Positions 36,991-52,115 of a DNA stretch of 64,000 bases are shown here, piece by piece. The stretch covers positions 1,798,001-1,862,000 of the forward strand of contig MU057711.1 in assembly GCA_013265495.1 (NCBI GenBank), given 5' to 3'. The notes beneath the pieces were generated by a model, which ran no database searches, had not been told where the DNA came from, and was given only the letters and a program-made list of their open reading frames with translations. The position numbers and the translations under genes were made by a program. The number at the start of each line of letters is the position of its first letter. Position 1 is the stretch's first letter. This stretch comes from Vicugna vicugna (taxonomy: Eukaryota).

Positions 36991-37867
36991 CAATCCAGGA
37001 TTTTGTAAAATAGTACTCTGTTGGCATGGCTGTTGTTAAGACTATGATGAAAGATGTTAGAGGTGGAAAAGTGGGGAGGAAGTAACGGTCAGGGTGCTCA
37101 AATCAGGACTGACACCACACTGTCCAGACTGCAGGGCCTTGGAGACGGTGACCATGCTTCCACCGAAGACCCAGGGCACTACCATTCCAGAAGCTCCCGA
37201 GGCCCTCGCTGCCAAAGCCCCTCCCCTGGGCCAGCCCGGTGCTACCAGAAATCCACAGCGCCCTCTCTTACAGTGAGGGCCTCCACAGCCACCAGGGAGA
37301 CCACACCCACCCACAGATGGCAAGGGAGACCTCAGAGCTTCCCTCCGTCCCTTGGACCACGTGGGAACATGATGGAACTTTGAAAGCTCCCTTCTGAAAA
37401 GGTTGAATTTGCCAACATCCAAAACTACTTGAAGAGGAAAAGGAAAAGCACTGAAATAACCTTGTAGAGCATTCTGTTTTGACAATGTGCCTGAGGAATT
37501 CCCCACATTTAGTGGGGAAATGTGAGTGGTTAAATCTATTCAATGTCATGACATCCGAAATTAAAGCATAATCGCCCGAGTGTTTGACAACTGGAAAGCA
37601 CAGCATTTCAGAAATGGAGGGAAATTTATGCTGGGAAACAAAAGAGATTGTCAAAAGTTTGACTGTAACGTGAGTGAAGCCACAAAAAGAAGGCTCGGAT
37701 GGAGAAAGCGCTCCAGCTCTGACATTTTCGAGCCCATCTGAAATGTCTCTGAAACAGCAGCAGTGACTCCATCCTTCACCCTAAAAGCCAGTGAAAGGAT
37801 GACTGGAACCGCAAATTTCAAACCCGATGAGCGGCCGCAGTGCGGGCGGGAGGAGACACCCTCTTAC

Positions 37868-37952
37868 CAATCATGTGGTTGGCAACGTGGATTTGGATCT
37901 CTCGCTCGTTCTCGAAGGTCATCTGGCACTTGATGCACTGGTACGTCTTTTT
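37868..37952 (-). CDS. ZNF423: ZNF423 next coding exon (85 bp): [28 protein letters not shown](E), one C2H2 finger
   Basis: Acceptor ttctttttggtttccaaacag|AAAAAGACG at 37952 is phase 0 and matches the upstream exon end. Donor ATGATTG|gtaaga at 37868. Length is 28 codons + 1 nt. The peptide lies inside ORF 37818..38096. Confidence 0.97.
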
Positions 37953-38274
37953 CTGTTTGGAAACCAAAAAGAAAGGACTTAGACAGTCAGGACGCAGAAA
38001 AGAGCAGAAAGCAAAAGTTCCTGAAGGTCCTGGCTCAAAAATTCCCAGATCAGCCCTGGTTCCCTCCCAGGTCTCTCCAGGCCATTCTCTTCCCACTCAG
38101 CTCTGAATCCACCTCTGATTCAGCCTAGGGAAAAGGGGGAAACAGCCTCCATTCCAAGGGAGCTGCTCCTCTGCTGGATCTGAGGAGACTGCCCCATCCC
38201 AAGGTGAGGGCACAGAGCAGAACTACGGAAAGGAAGCTGAGGGAGGAGGCTGTTCTGTGTGGGGTGTGCTCAAG

Positions 38275-38500
38275 TCCATCTACCCATCTTCCACCCATCT
38301 ACACATCCATCCATCTGTTCATCCATCTGTCTATTCATCATCTGTCCATCTACCTACCCTCTGTCTACCCATCCATCCATCTATACACACACTCACACAC
38401 ACACACACACACTCATCCACCCACCCATCCATCCATCCACCCACCCACCTATCCATCCACCCATCCATCCGTCCACCCATCTCTCTTTGCACCCATCCAA
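38275..38500. repeat. (CCAT)n/(CCAC)n degenerate tetranucleotide array with an internal (CA)n
   Basis: Direct reading. Confidence 0.9.
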
Positions 38501-39094
38501 CTACTCTCTCATCTACTTACCCCCCTAAGAACCAAGTGGCCGAGCAGGGGATACTGCTCCCACAAACTCTGGCACTCGGGGGTGACTGATGAATTCCTCA
38601 TCTGCCCTAGTCACACAAGGCCCCAGGGGATCCTACATCTGGCTTCCACACACAGGGAGCTATTACCACCTGCCCTTATGGGGAAGGGGCAGAAAAATGA
38701 AGCTTCAAACCTTCTTGGTTCCAAAGAGTGGCACTCTGTCTGACCACTAAGCCCGGGAGGTTGTGGAACCAGCCCACTGTGGACAGAGGTGGGACTGCCC
38801 ATGTAGGGGAAGGCTTGTGGCTGTGGGTTTTTCTGGAGGGGGAGGGATCGTATGGGAGGGTGGTATGGGAATTCAAAATATCCCAGTTTTCTGAAGACCA
38901 CTTTGGCTCCAGGGATGATGGAGCCTCCCTCGGCCTCTGGAAGAAAGGGCCAGACTGGATTTCTCAGCTGAGCACAGAAGCCCAACCCTCAACCAGGCAG
39001 CCCGGACGAGCCACCAGGGGGCCCAGTTGTCCCAGCTCCTTGCTTGGCCCCACCTGGACCTGCAGTTGTCCTGAAGGGTCTGGTCTCACCTCCA

Positions 39095-39395
39095 GGCCTT
39101 TGTCTATGCCATTTTCTCCACCTGGAATACCCTCTCCATCCTTGAGGACTCGGTTCAGTTGTCACCTCTTCTGAGAAGCCTTCTCTTTCCACCCCAGAGT
39201 GAGTTCAGGGCCTCCCCAGGCCCTGAGCATATGTGGAAAGCATCTAGTTGATCTGCACACGACTTTGTCGTGGCCAATTGATTTGTTTGATCCCCACTGC
39301 ACCATGAGACCCAGAGGGCCAGGGTGAGTTCTGTCCACTTGTGAGGTCCCAGCAAGGACTAAGTGCTTTAGGAAGCATTTGTTGAACAAACGAGC
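39095..39395 (+). mobile_element. L2 3' fragment
   Basis: cctggaataccct...gtcacctcttctgagaagccttct...agcatttgttgaa. Confidence 0.6.
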
Positions 39396-41244
39396 AAAGT
39401 TGCAAAATAATATGTGCAAAGCCCTCTGTTAGGGCAGAAGGGACAAAGAGAAGCCAAGATGACTAGGGATCCCAGATCCCCGCCACCAGCACAGGGCCCG
39501 GCCCAGAGGGAGCACCTGATAATCACCGAACTTGTGTCATAGTTCTTACTGGGGCTAAGAGAATATCTGTTGAACCAATGAATGGAGAAGCAGCTGGAAC
39601 CGCGGGCGCGGAGAGCTTCCGGCTCTGGGGCAGCGTCCCTGCTCAGGCTCCAGACTCCACGCTGACAAGACCAGAGGGCCTTTGGCGTTCAGCGTGTCCT
39701 CGGCACGGCCACAGCACTGGGCGCAGAGGCAGGCATTCTGCATGGAAACACTCTGGGAAGAATGGGTGAGTCTGAGGGGGACAGACCTGGGGAGCTGGCC
39801 TTACAGCAGGCAGAGTAGATTTCAGGCCAGAAGAGATAGCAGGGACTGAAGTCTTTGGAGGGGTGCAGTCCCAAAGTGCCCGCCTTGGCTCAGCTCCTGG
39901 TCTATGCTCGTGGAGGGGCACGACCTTGAACCCAAGGTCTCTACTGTTAAAATCATTCGTTCCCCCTCACATGTGGCCCCCATCCACCCTGCCTGGCAAG
40001 TGTAAGGGCCCTTGATGCTTAAATGAATGGTGAGTGATTGAATGAACGAATGAACAAGTAAGTGCAAGAATAAGCACACCCCAGGAAGCTCCATCGCCCG
40101 GGAGCCGAGAGGAGCCTGCCTGACAAGGGAGATGGTGTCCCACCTCGCCGTGAGTGGAGGTCTCTGGAGGCCAGAGCCATGCCTGGACCAGACCAGTGGG
40201 GAGGACAGTCCATGATCAAAGTGCTGTTCCTGATCGGGGCAGGTGGCTGAAGTGGGCTCACTGCGCTTGGAAAATGAATCATGAGGAGCCTGGGCAGGAC
40301 GAGAGGGGATCCCCAAATGCCCTCCCACCATATGGCCACCCCTCCATGACAGGAAGAGGGCTGAGCCCTGCCTGCTGGGGAAACAGGCTCCAGGGGATCA
40401 AGGGAGCTCCAGGCTTCAAGGGAGGAGGCAGAGGAACTGAGAAGTGGAGACGTCCTCACGGACCACAAGTTCAGGCAGCATCCCCAGTGACACTCAAGCT
40501 TTCAGTTCTCTTACTGGAACTCTAGTAGCCACACCCATCACTCCTAAATGCACCCACAGATGCACAAGCAGATTATGGCACAAGGGAGTGCACCAACCCT
40601 CGTGGACACACACGTAGACTCAAAAGTATACACATGCGCACTCACACTCAGGCATACACACCCGCACACACACAGTTTCACCAGCACCAACACCCACTAA
40701 TGTATACCCAGATATCCTCGAACAAAGATGGCCCTTCTGGCCTTGCATGTGAGGCCAGGGGTGCTCAGGGTCCGGAGCTGGGCGGGAGCTGTGCGGTCCT
40801 CCAGGCTGTGGAGCACAGCACAGGGAAAGCAGGGGAGGACTCTCCCACTCTGTCTCTCTCCTGCTGGGCAATTGGCCGCCCCCACCCACCCGGCCCGCCC
40901 TCACCTCAACACCTCCTCTGGTCCATCTCCCTTACTCTATCCCTCAAAGACCCCCTCCTTCCCTAGAGCTTCAGCCCCCAATGGGAGATGCAACCACAGG
41001 AAGATAGAACTTTGCATTCAAAGCGTCTCCTCTGCCATGAGCTTCTTCCCCGGGGCCCAGGCCAGCTGAACCAAAGCTGAACCCTGGGGCCTTAGCCAGG
41101 GCTGCCTCCCCCAGCATGGCCCCAAGCAGACTCAGAGGGACCCAGAGCAGAAAGAACACACTTGAGGATGGTGGAGACAGGAGGAGAGAGGAGAAGGAGA
41201 GGGAAAGACGGCCCTTGCTGCTGAATTTCCACTATCATGATGGC

Positions 41245-41440
41245 CGCTCACATTTATTGAGCGCCTACTATGTGCAGACACTGTTTATTCTCTCAATGTT
41301 CATAATCACTCTGCAAGCTCCACTTTTGGGATGGAGAAAGTGGAGTTTCAAGAGGTTAAATCACTTGGCCAAAGCCCCCAGCTGGTGAGTAAGGGGAACT
41401 GGGATTCGACCCCAGGCAGCGCTCTCCAGAGCCACCATCT
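41245..41440 (-). mobile_element. MIR SINE
   Basis: catttattgagcgcctactatgtgcagacactg...agaggttaaatcacttggccaa...gggattcgaccccaggcag. Confidence 0.75.
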
Positions 41441-41778
41441 GAGCTGCCGCCCCTAGCTCCATGCCCCAGACCACCCCAGACAGTCCTGCTCTGGGTAACA
41501 GAAAGCTGCTGAGACCTGGACAAGCCATTAACCTGGACATCTGTTACCCTGCTGTAAGATGGACCATGAGAGAACCCAGTCTACCTCCTCACCCTTCACC
41601 CTCACAAGCACTGTGAGCCTCTGGGGAGTCGATGGGGGCCGGGGTCTGCCCACACAAGCTTGAAGTTGGGGTGAGGTTGTTATTATCAATAAACAGAGGG
41701 GGAGGCAGAAACCTCAGTGCTTCATGCTCCAGCCGCCAGCAGCCTCGGCCCCACAGGAACCCAGTCCTCAGAGAGCTG

Positions 41779-41792
41779 GTTGCTATGGATAC
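41779..41792. promoter_or_regulatory. RFX X-box match (GTTGCTATGGATAC)
   Basis: Reverse complement GTATCC-AT-AGCAAC fits GTHNYY-AT-RRNAAC. Motif match only. Confidence 0.5.
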
Positions 41793-42224
41793 ACTCCCGA
41801 GGGTCCCAGCCTGCCAGCCCCCAAGCCCCTGTGCAGCCCCCAGAGTCTGCTCTTGTATGCGTGAGTCCTGGGGGAGGGAAGGGTGAGCGAACAGACAGCT
41901 GGGCCCCTGCCCCGAGGCGTGCCCAGGCAGGGGGCAAGGCCCCAGAGGCTATGCCCCCGCTGGGGAGGTACCCGGGCTTTGTCTAGCTCCTTTCTGCAAA
42001 TGGCCCATCTGCCCAGGCCTCTAGATGTGAGTTTCAGCTCCCATCCTCTCACAAGGCCAGGGACAGGGAGAGGAAGGCCTGTCAGCCTTCCAGAAAACAG
42101 GCCCCCTCGGGTCTGAAGCCCTGCACTGGCATGCACAGCTGTGCATCTTTGGGTATACGGCTCCACCTTTCTAAGCCGGGGCCCTCTCTTTGCCGAAGCA
42201 AGGGTCACAGCCAAGGTCCGGGTT

Positions 42225-42238
42225 GTTTCCATGGAAAC
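42225..42238. promoter_or_regulatory. RFX X-box match (GTTTCCATGGAAAC), inside an 18-bp perfect palindrome
   Basis: Fits GTTNCCATGGNAAC on both strands. Motif match only. Confidence 0.55.
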
Positions 42239-44289
42239 AATGTAAGAGTGGGCGCTCACACAGTAGGGGCTTTATGAAGTGGTGCCTGATGCAGGATCCA
42301 GGGCAGAGACCAGGACGGAGGAGGCTTCCATAGTGGGAGGGCTTGGGAGCACTAGAAGCAGCCCCTTGGCCATCTGGAGCCCCGGCACAGTGTGGACTGT
42401 GCCGAAAAGGCAGTAGAAGGGCATACAGGGGCCTGGCCCTGCCACTGTCCCACCACCTAAACACTGGGCTGACTGGCCTGGGCCCCACCCAAGCCGGCCT
42501 CTCCCCTCTGGCAACCAGATGGGCCCCAGAGGTACTGGGTGGAGGGCTGGCCAAGAGCTCAGGCTGGGTTACCACACATGACCTGGGCTCAAATTCCTTC
42601 TCTGCCTCTTGAAAGCCGGGGGCTCATGGTAAACTGCCTAATTGTCCCTTCCCTCCCTTTCCTCATCTGCAAGGTGAGTGTCATAAGGATTAAACAGATA
42701 GAAAGTGCCTGACACATCCTTATTCCTCGATAAGTGTGAGCTGTGACTATAAATGGGGAAATTACAAGTGAAGGTTACTACATGCCCAGTGCTTCTTTCG
42801 TCGTTTAATCCTCGAGGGAAAACACTGAGGTCAGCAGTGGAACAGTCACAGTGTTTGACAACTGAGGAGGGACAGGCACCCACAGACCACAGCAGATACC
42901 GTTTTAACAAGCAGAACGGCCCCCAGGTGATGCCCGCTTTGGAGACAGACACTATTACAGTGCTGTCACTACTGTTATTATTATTACCCTCTGGCTTTAC
43001 AGGTGAGGACAGAAGCCCAGAGAGGTCAAGTCACGGGTGGGTACTGGAAGAGGGAGATTTTCACGCAAGCCATCTGACTCCCGGGCCCATATGGTTTCCA
43101 GCCCACCCACCCTGGCAGCCAGTAGGCTGAGGCTGAGGAGGACAGAGCTGGGCAGTTGTGATGGGACTGTGCTCAGGACCCCTGAAGGGTGTCCTACTGG
43201 ACCCTTTCCTAGAGGACTTGCACAGTCAAAAGGCCTTGAGAAAGTGGGGTGTTACCACCCCTAAAAGGAGCTCTCTGCTCCAGACGGGCCTCCGAGGAAA
43301 GGCCTCAGTCCCCAGCAAGACACATGGCCCTGTCCTTATTCAGACGCGTCTCTCTGCAGCCAGGTGTTGTTGGCTGGGTCCTCCAGCTCATTGGCCTCAT
43401 TGGGGAATTGGCCAGGAGACCCCCTAGGGGTCTCTCCAGCCCTCCTTCTCTCTCACTCTCTCTCCTCCTCAAAATCCCAGAGTCCCAGGCCCCAGTTCTG
43501 ATCCTGCAGTGAAACCCCCTCAGCAAACATCCCTGTCTTCCAGCAGGTGCCTGTGACAGGTGGCCCTTCCCCAAATCCTGCCTCCCTGCCAGTGGCGCCA
43601 GCAGCGGCCCTCAAGGGAAAGATACTCCTGAGATCTGCTTGGCACCTCCTTGGTCTGGAAGCAGACAACACAGATTTGATGGGAATCCCTGGACCCATTA
43701 TGCCTGTCACCTGCAGGTGCCCCTTGGTCACCATTCCCAGGGTCGCTGTGGACCCTCCAGTAGCTGGACTTCCCCTGCCTCATTGAAACCCACTGATTAT
43801 GGGTCTGTGGCCCCTCCTGGTCTGGGAGCCCCCATGGCAGGGTCCATCTCTGACTCTCCTTGGCTGCCAGGCACCCTGAAGATAATGGGTGCTCAGGACA
43901 AATGTGATCAACTAATCAAACATTAATGATAAAGTAACTGGAAACGTGCTTAGGGCCTTTCATGTACCAGCAACTGCAACTGCACTAACTATAATGATGC
44001 TGTTGGTGATAATGATACCAGCTGGTGATTACTGCTAATATGACAGGCCGTAAGTGCCAGATTCTAAGCCCTTTATGTGCATATTACCTCTATGAATTGT
44101 CAGAAGAATCCTAAATCTAAAGCCCAGGGAGCAGAGTGACTTGCCCAAGAAGACGCAATTAGCACTTAAATCCACCCCTGATCAATAACCAAGAGACAGC
44201 CAACAACGAGGGCACACTCACAGCGTCAGCCACAATCCTAGGCCCTTTACCCACACTGTGCCCTTGGCCCCTCACTATAGTTCTATGAA

Positions 44290-44445
44290 GGTGAGACATT
44301 ATTATTCCCATTTTACAGATGAGCACTTGGCAAATAAAGCCTAGGGAGATAGATGATGTATCCCCATGTCACACAGGAAGGGAAATGGCAACACTGGTGT
44401 CCAAACTCAGAGTCTACCTGAGAGCAGATGTGCTTAACCACTGCA
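44290..44445 (-). mobile_element. MIR SINE
   Basis: attattcccattttacagatgag...gtcacacag...gcttaaccactg. Confidence 0.65.
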
Positions 44446-44469
44446 CAACGGCGCTGCTTCTCTGGGCTA

Positions 44470-47814
<3,345 letters not shown>

Positions 47815-49154
47815 TTAGAGGCAATTCCCAGGGCCGCGAGAAACAAGGACAGAGCCAGCTTCTCGACAGCTCGCAGGCTGAAGCTGTGCAGCTGGCCAAC
47901 TGCTGCAGGAAGAGTGGGGGAGGGACCCCGGGGGTGGAAGCAAGTGGACATGCAGGTCTTCCCGTCTGCAGAGAGGGTGGCAGAGGCATGGCAGGATACG
48001 GAGGGGACATGCCTTTCCCCGCAGCAACACCTGCCGCACGGGGCCTTGCTGGATGCGGTACCACCCTCCCACAAGAGGTGAAGTCTCGGCCACTTCCTTG
48101 ATTTGGGGGTGGGGAGGAGCCTGGGAAAAAAGTTATCGGAAATGACCTCACAGACCATCAGCCCCACAGGCCAAAAGGAGGCAAGTCCCATCAACTGATC
48201 AAGACCTGGGGGTTGATTCCCCCACCCCCTCCTAGTCTGGGGGGGAAATCCCACTGGTGCAGGGGGGCGTAGGCAGAACTTTGTAAGAAAATAAAATTTA
48301 CTTTAATGAATTCAGCCATACTGCATTCAGTGGGGAATCAGGAACTGATGAAGTTGGAGCTGCTGCCTCAGGGACAGACATGAGGTAGAAATCACAGGTA
48401 TATGGCATCAGCCCAAGAGCACAAACGGAGGTAAGCAAGGGGCACTTGAGAAGGGGCTGCAGGGTTCCCAGCCCAAACCATCCCAAAGGGGGATGTTTTC
48501 TTTGTTCCTTCTCCACCTCTGGATTTGCCCCAAGTCCACTCAGGACCCCAAGAGCTGGCCCGATGGTGCAGTGATTAGAGATGGGACTGGGATCCAGATG
48601 GCCACCGAGCTCAGAGCCTAGTGGTCCTTAAATCCACCGTGGCAGGGAGGGGGACACTCAGGGAAGGGGATCACTCCTGCCCCGCCCCCCATCCCTGGCC
48701 TCTGCTGGCTGGCCAGTCTCAGAGGAAAACTAAACAAACCAAGGCGTGGCTGTTTCTGGGAGAAAAAAAAAAGGCACCCAAGACACAGCAAATAAAACCA
48801 GTGAAGTTTCCTGAGACACAGCAGGGGTTGAACCAAGCCAGCCCGAGCAGGGAGCGAGTTCCACGGCTCAAGTTTCGTGTTGGGTGGATTTAAAACTTAA
48901 TAATGAATGAAACGGACCGCAGGCTGCTACAAGCAGGGGAGAGACAAACAAAAGCTCAGATTCGGCTGCACTGACCTTGCTCTTCTAACCCCGAGGAAAT
49001 AAACCACTGCCCCCGCCTCTCCGGCCCCCAGTCAGCCCAGCCTGGTCTTAAGAGAAGTCTCACAGACTTAACCCAGAAATTCTTGGCCAGAGGCAGCCTA
49101 GACCCTCTTGAAGGGAAGGGCAGGGGAACCGCAGTCTCAGGCTTGGGCAGGCAC

Positions 49155-49172
49155 CGGCACGCACACCTGCAA

Positions 49173-49208
<36 letters not shown>

Positions 49209-49450
49209 CTCACACATGACTCCCACAACTCACACATGGGCTCAGACATGCCAACTCACACTCACCTACACACACTTGCACACATACACACACACCATCA
49301 CACTCACACACAATCACATACAGTCACGTACTCACAGATACATCCATTCACACGGCATCATTCCCACTATCACTCACACACAAGCTTGAACACCCATGCA
49401 CACTCACCTGCAGACACAAACACACCATCATGGAGTCACAGCTCACACCC
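49155..49450. repeat. (CA)n plus degenerate CA-rich tract (UG-rich on the ZNF423 pre-mRNA)
   Basis: Direct reading. Confidence 0.9.
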
Positions 49451-50654
49451 GGGGGACCCATAACCCCGGGCTCCCACAGCTGCCAACCTCAAGATTTGAA
49501 GAGATAGTAAGGCTAACTGGAGGGTCTCTCACGGTCCCTTAGAGCTGGCTCTGAGCCTGCTCCTACACCCTACATCACCCCGATGCCCACCCCGGCCCCT
49601 GGCCCTGACCGTCTGAAGATCTGCCTGATCTCAGCTGGCACTGCTGGCAGAGCTCTGCTTGGCAGGATGCTGCTCTCCAAAGCTCCCAGCCCAGAGTCCC
49701 GCATCTCCCAGCAGCCTCCCGCCTCTGAAGCCCAGTCACCCAGCCCAGCCCAGGGTGCCTCCCAGAGAGAGGGTGCCTGCTCCCCAGGAGGCCTCATGTT
49801 ACAGGGCCTTCGGACGGGCAGGACGCATCTGCTGCCAGCTCCTCGGATTAGAAGCGGCGGGAAGCGCCCCAGCCCCTGCCTGGTAATTCCCAGCTCTTGC
49901 CAGCTGGGCTCCACGGGGCGCAGACAAAGGGACCCAAGGGAGGAGCTGGCTGGAGCTGGGGCAGCTGCGGGACCCGCTCGGCCCCTGCCCCCTGGCCAGG
50001 CTCCACAGGCTTTTTATTATTTTGGTATCTTAGCTCAGACTCACACAAGCTGGCACAGAACCCTTCCTGTGTGCCGGGCACTTCGCTCAGGGCTGTCTCA
50101 ACCTCCCAGGAGGCAGGAACCAAGGCCCCTCCCACAGGTTACAGACCAGGAAACTGAGGCACAGCCACAGCGACTCTCCCCAGTCAGGCCCCCTGACACA
50201 GGTTGGTCATGTAAGACCACACCTGTGTAGGTAAGACCGGGTGAGGGGCCCCGTGGAAAGCTCCAGTGCAGTCATGGTCTGGCTCTCCATGGAGCCCTGA
50301 CAGAACCACAGGGATGGCCCATCGTCTGCATTGCAGAGAGGAGTCCTGAGGCCCAGGAGGTGCCAGAGCTGGCTGGAGCTTGCTGGAGCTGGCTGGGCTG
50401 ATGAGTGGAGAACCCAGGCTCAAACGCCCGCCAGTTCATAGGCGAGGAAGACAAGGAAGACACCTTGCCCAAAAGACCAAGCCCAGACACATCTTTGACT
50501 CACGTTTTCCGAGGATGAGAGCGGATACCTGCACTCAAACCCTCCCCCTCCATTCATTTGTCTGCCCCCAAAGCGTTACTCTCAACTCTTGGGGTCAGCT
50601 CACACGTTTGGAAAGAAACAGAGGCACTGGGAGGAGTGGATGAAAAACATTCAT

Positions 50655-50925
50655 GTGAAAAAGCACTATTATTCCATGTACATGAACTGTCCAGACAAGG
50701 CACATCTGTAGAGACAGAAAGCAGATTAGTGATTGCCTGAGGCTGGAGGAGGGAGCAGGGATTGACTGCAAATGGGCAAGAGATGTCTTTTGAGATCATG
50801 GAAATGCTTGCAAACTGGATGACGGTGAAGGCAGCCCAGCTCTATTTACGAAAAGTCACAGAACTGCTCACTTAAAACAAGTGTCTGTTCTGGTATGCAA
50901 ATTATACTTCAATAAAGCTGTTAAA
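50655..50925 (+). mobile_element. L1MB-like 3' end
   Basis: tgtccagacaaggcacatctgtagagacagaaagcagattagtgattgcct...aattatacttcaataaagctgtt. Confidence 0.8.
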
Positions 50926-50989
50926 CAAAAGCATTAGTTGGCCAATAATAATAATTAGTACTAATTAGCACTACTAGCGCTAATAAAAT

Positions 50990-51155
50990 TAGCAGCTATA
51001 GCTAGTAAGCATGTCCCAAGCGCCAGCACTGAGCTAAGTGCTTCTATTAACTGCAATTAATCTTTTTTCATCCTCCCATTGGTAACATCCCATTTTTAAG
51101 ATGAGGAAGCTGAGGCTCAGAGAGGTGAGCAGCTTGCCCTGAGTCACACAGCTGG
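50990..51155 (-). mobile_element. MIR SINE
   Basis: cccatttttaagatgaggaagctgaggctcagagaggtgagcagcttgccctgagtcacacagct. Confidence 0.7.
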
Positions 51156-51864
51156 ATGCCCCAGCAACATGTGGCCAGGAGCGTGGGGTCTACTCTCGCC
51201 CTGGCTCCCCCACGTCTTGGAGAAGGGGAATCAGCCTGGCCCAGCACCGCAGTCCCTGAGGTGCCTTATGGGGCTGCCTGGGTGCCTTTATTTTTCTGCA
51301 AACAAGTCTCAAAACTAAAGCAAAGCACATTATTCTGGGAGCGACAAACTGAGCAACTGCTGAGATTATAATCATCTGAATTGAAATGAAAATAAGACTT
51401 CTTAAACTGAAAAGGCCCAATCAGGGGAAATAGGCATGTTGACAAAGACCCAAACCCAGACTGCCCTGTTTAAAGCCGTTTACTCTAACAATGTTTAACT
51501 TTGGCGGCAGCTGTCGTGCCCCTCCAAACGTGTTTTGTTTTAGGGACATTTAGCTTCCTGTTCCAGGAGCACGCTGGAGAGACGACCAGGCCGGCGCGCT
51601 CAGGATGGACGGGCAGGGCTGCCAGCACAGGACGGGGGTTCCTTTCCTTACAGCAGTAACCCTCCGCTCCTGCTGACTGGTAGCCACCACCCACGTGCAG
51701 CCAGTACAGCACACGCCCTCGGGTGGATGTGCAGAAAGAGGAGTGGAGAAACCGGGTGAAGGCAACCCCAAGGTCCCCTTCAACGTGAACGTTTCAGAAC
51801 TCGGCGAGAAGAAGGTAGCTTCCAAGAAAATCCAGCTCAACCAACCACCTTTTCATTTCCAAGT

Positions 51865-52115
51865 AAATGTTTATATAGATTCTACTCTACGCCAGGCATT
51901 CTTCTAAAAGCTTTATATGTGCTGACTCATTCAATCCTCTCAACAGTCCAATGAGGTAAGTATTATTATTATTTCCAGCTACACATGAGAAAACTAAGGC
52001 ACAGAGAGGCTGAGTAACTTGCCTAAAGTCACACAGCTTGCAGACAGGAGAGCCAGGATTCAAACCCAGTGAGCAGGCTCTGCATCGGTGCTTTCACTCA
52101 CCATACTACCCTGCC
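51865..52115 (-). mobile_element. MIR SINE, near full length
   Basis: tcattcaatcctctcaacagtccaatgaggtaagtattatt...atgagaaaactaaggcacagagagg...ggattcaaaccca. Confidence 0.8.

Larger units (their letters stand above)
1..37867 (-). other. ZNF423: ZNF423 long downstream intron (continues beyond the window start)
   Basis: Begins with donor gtaaga at 37867. The expected next peptide (EEGINHECKLC...) is not seen in the ORF track. Confidence 0.85.

Noticed and set aside
43416..43434. Near-palindrome GAGACCCCCTAGGGGTCTC as an EBF/ZNF423 site
   Set aside because: Isolated match in GC-rich DNA with no supporting context.
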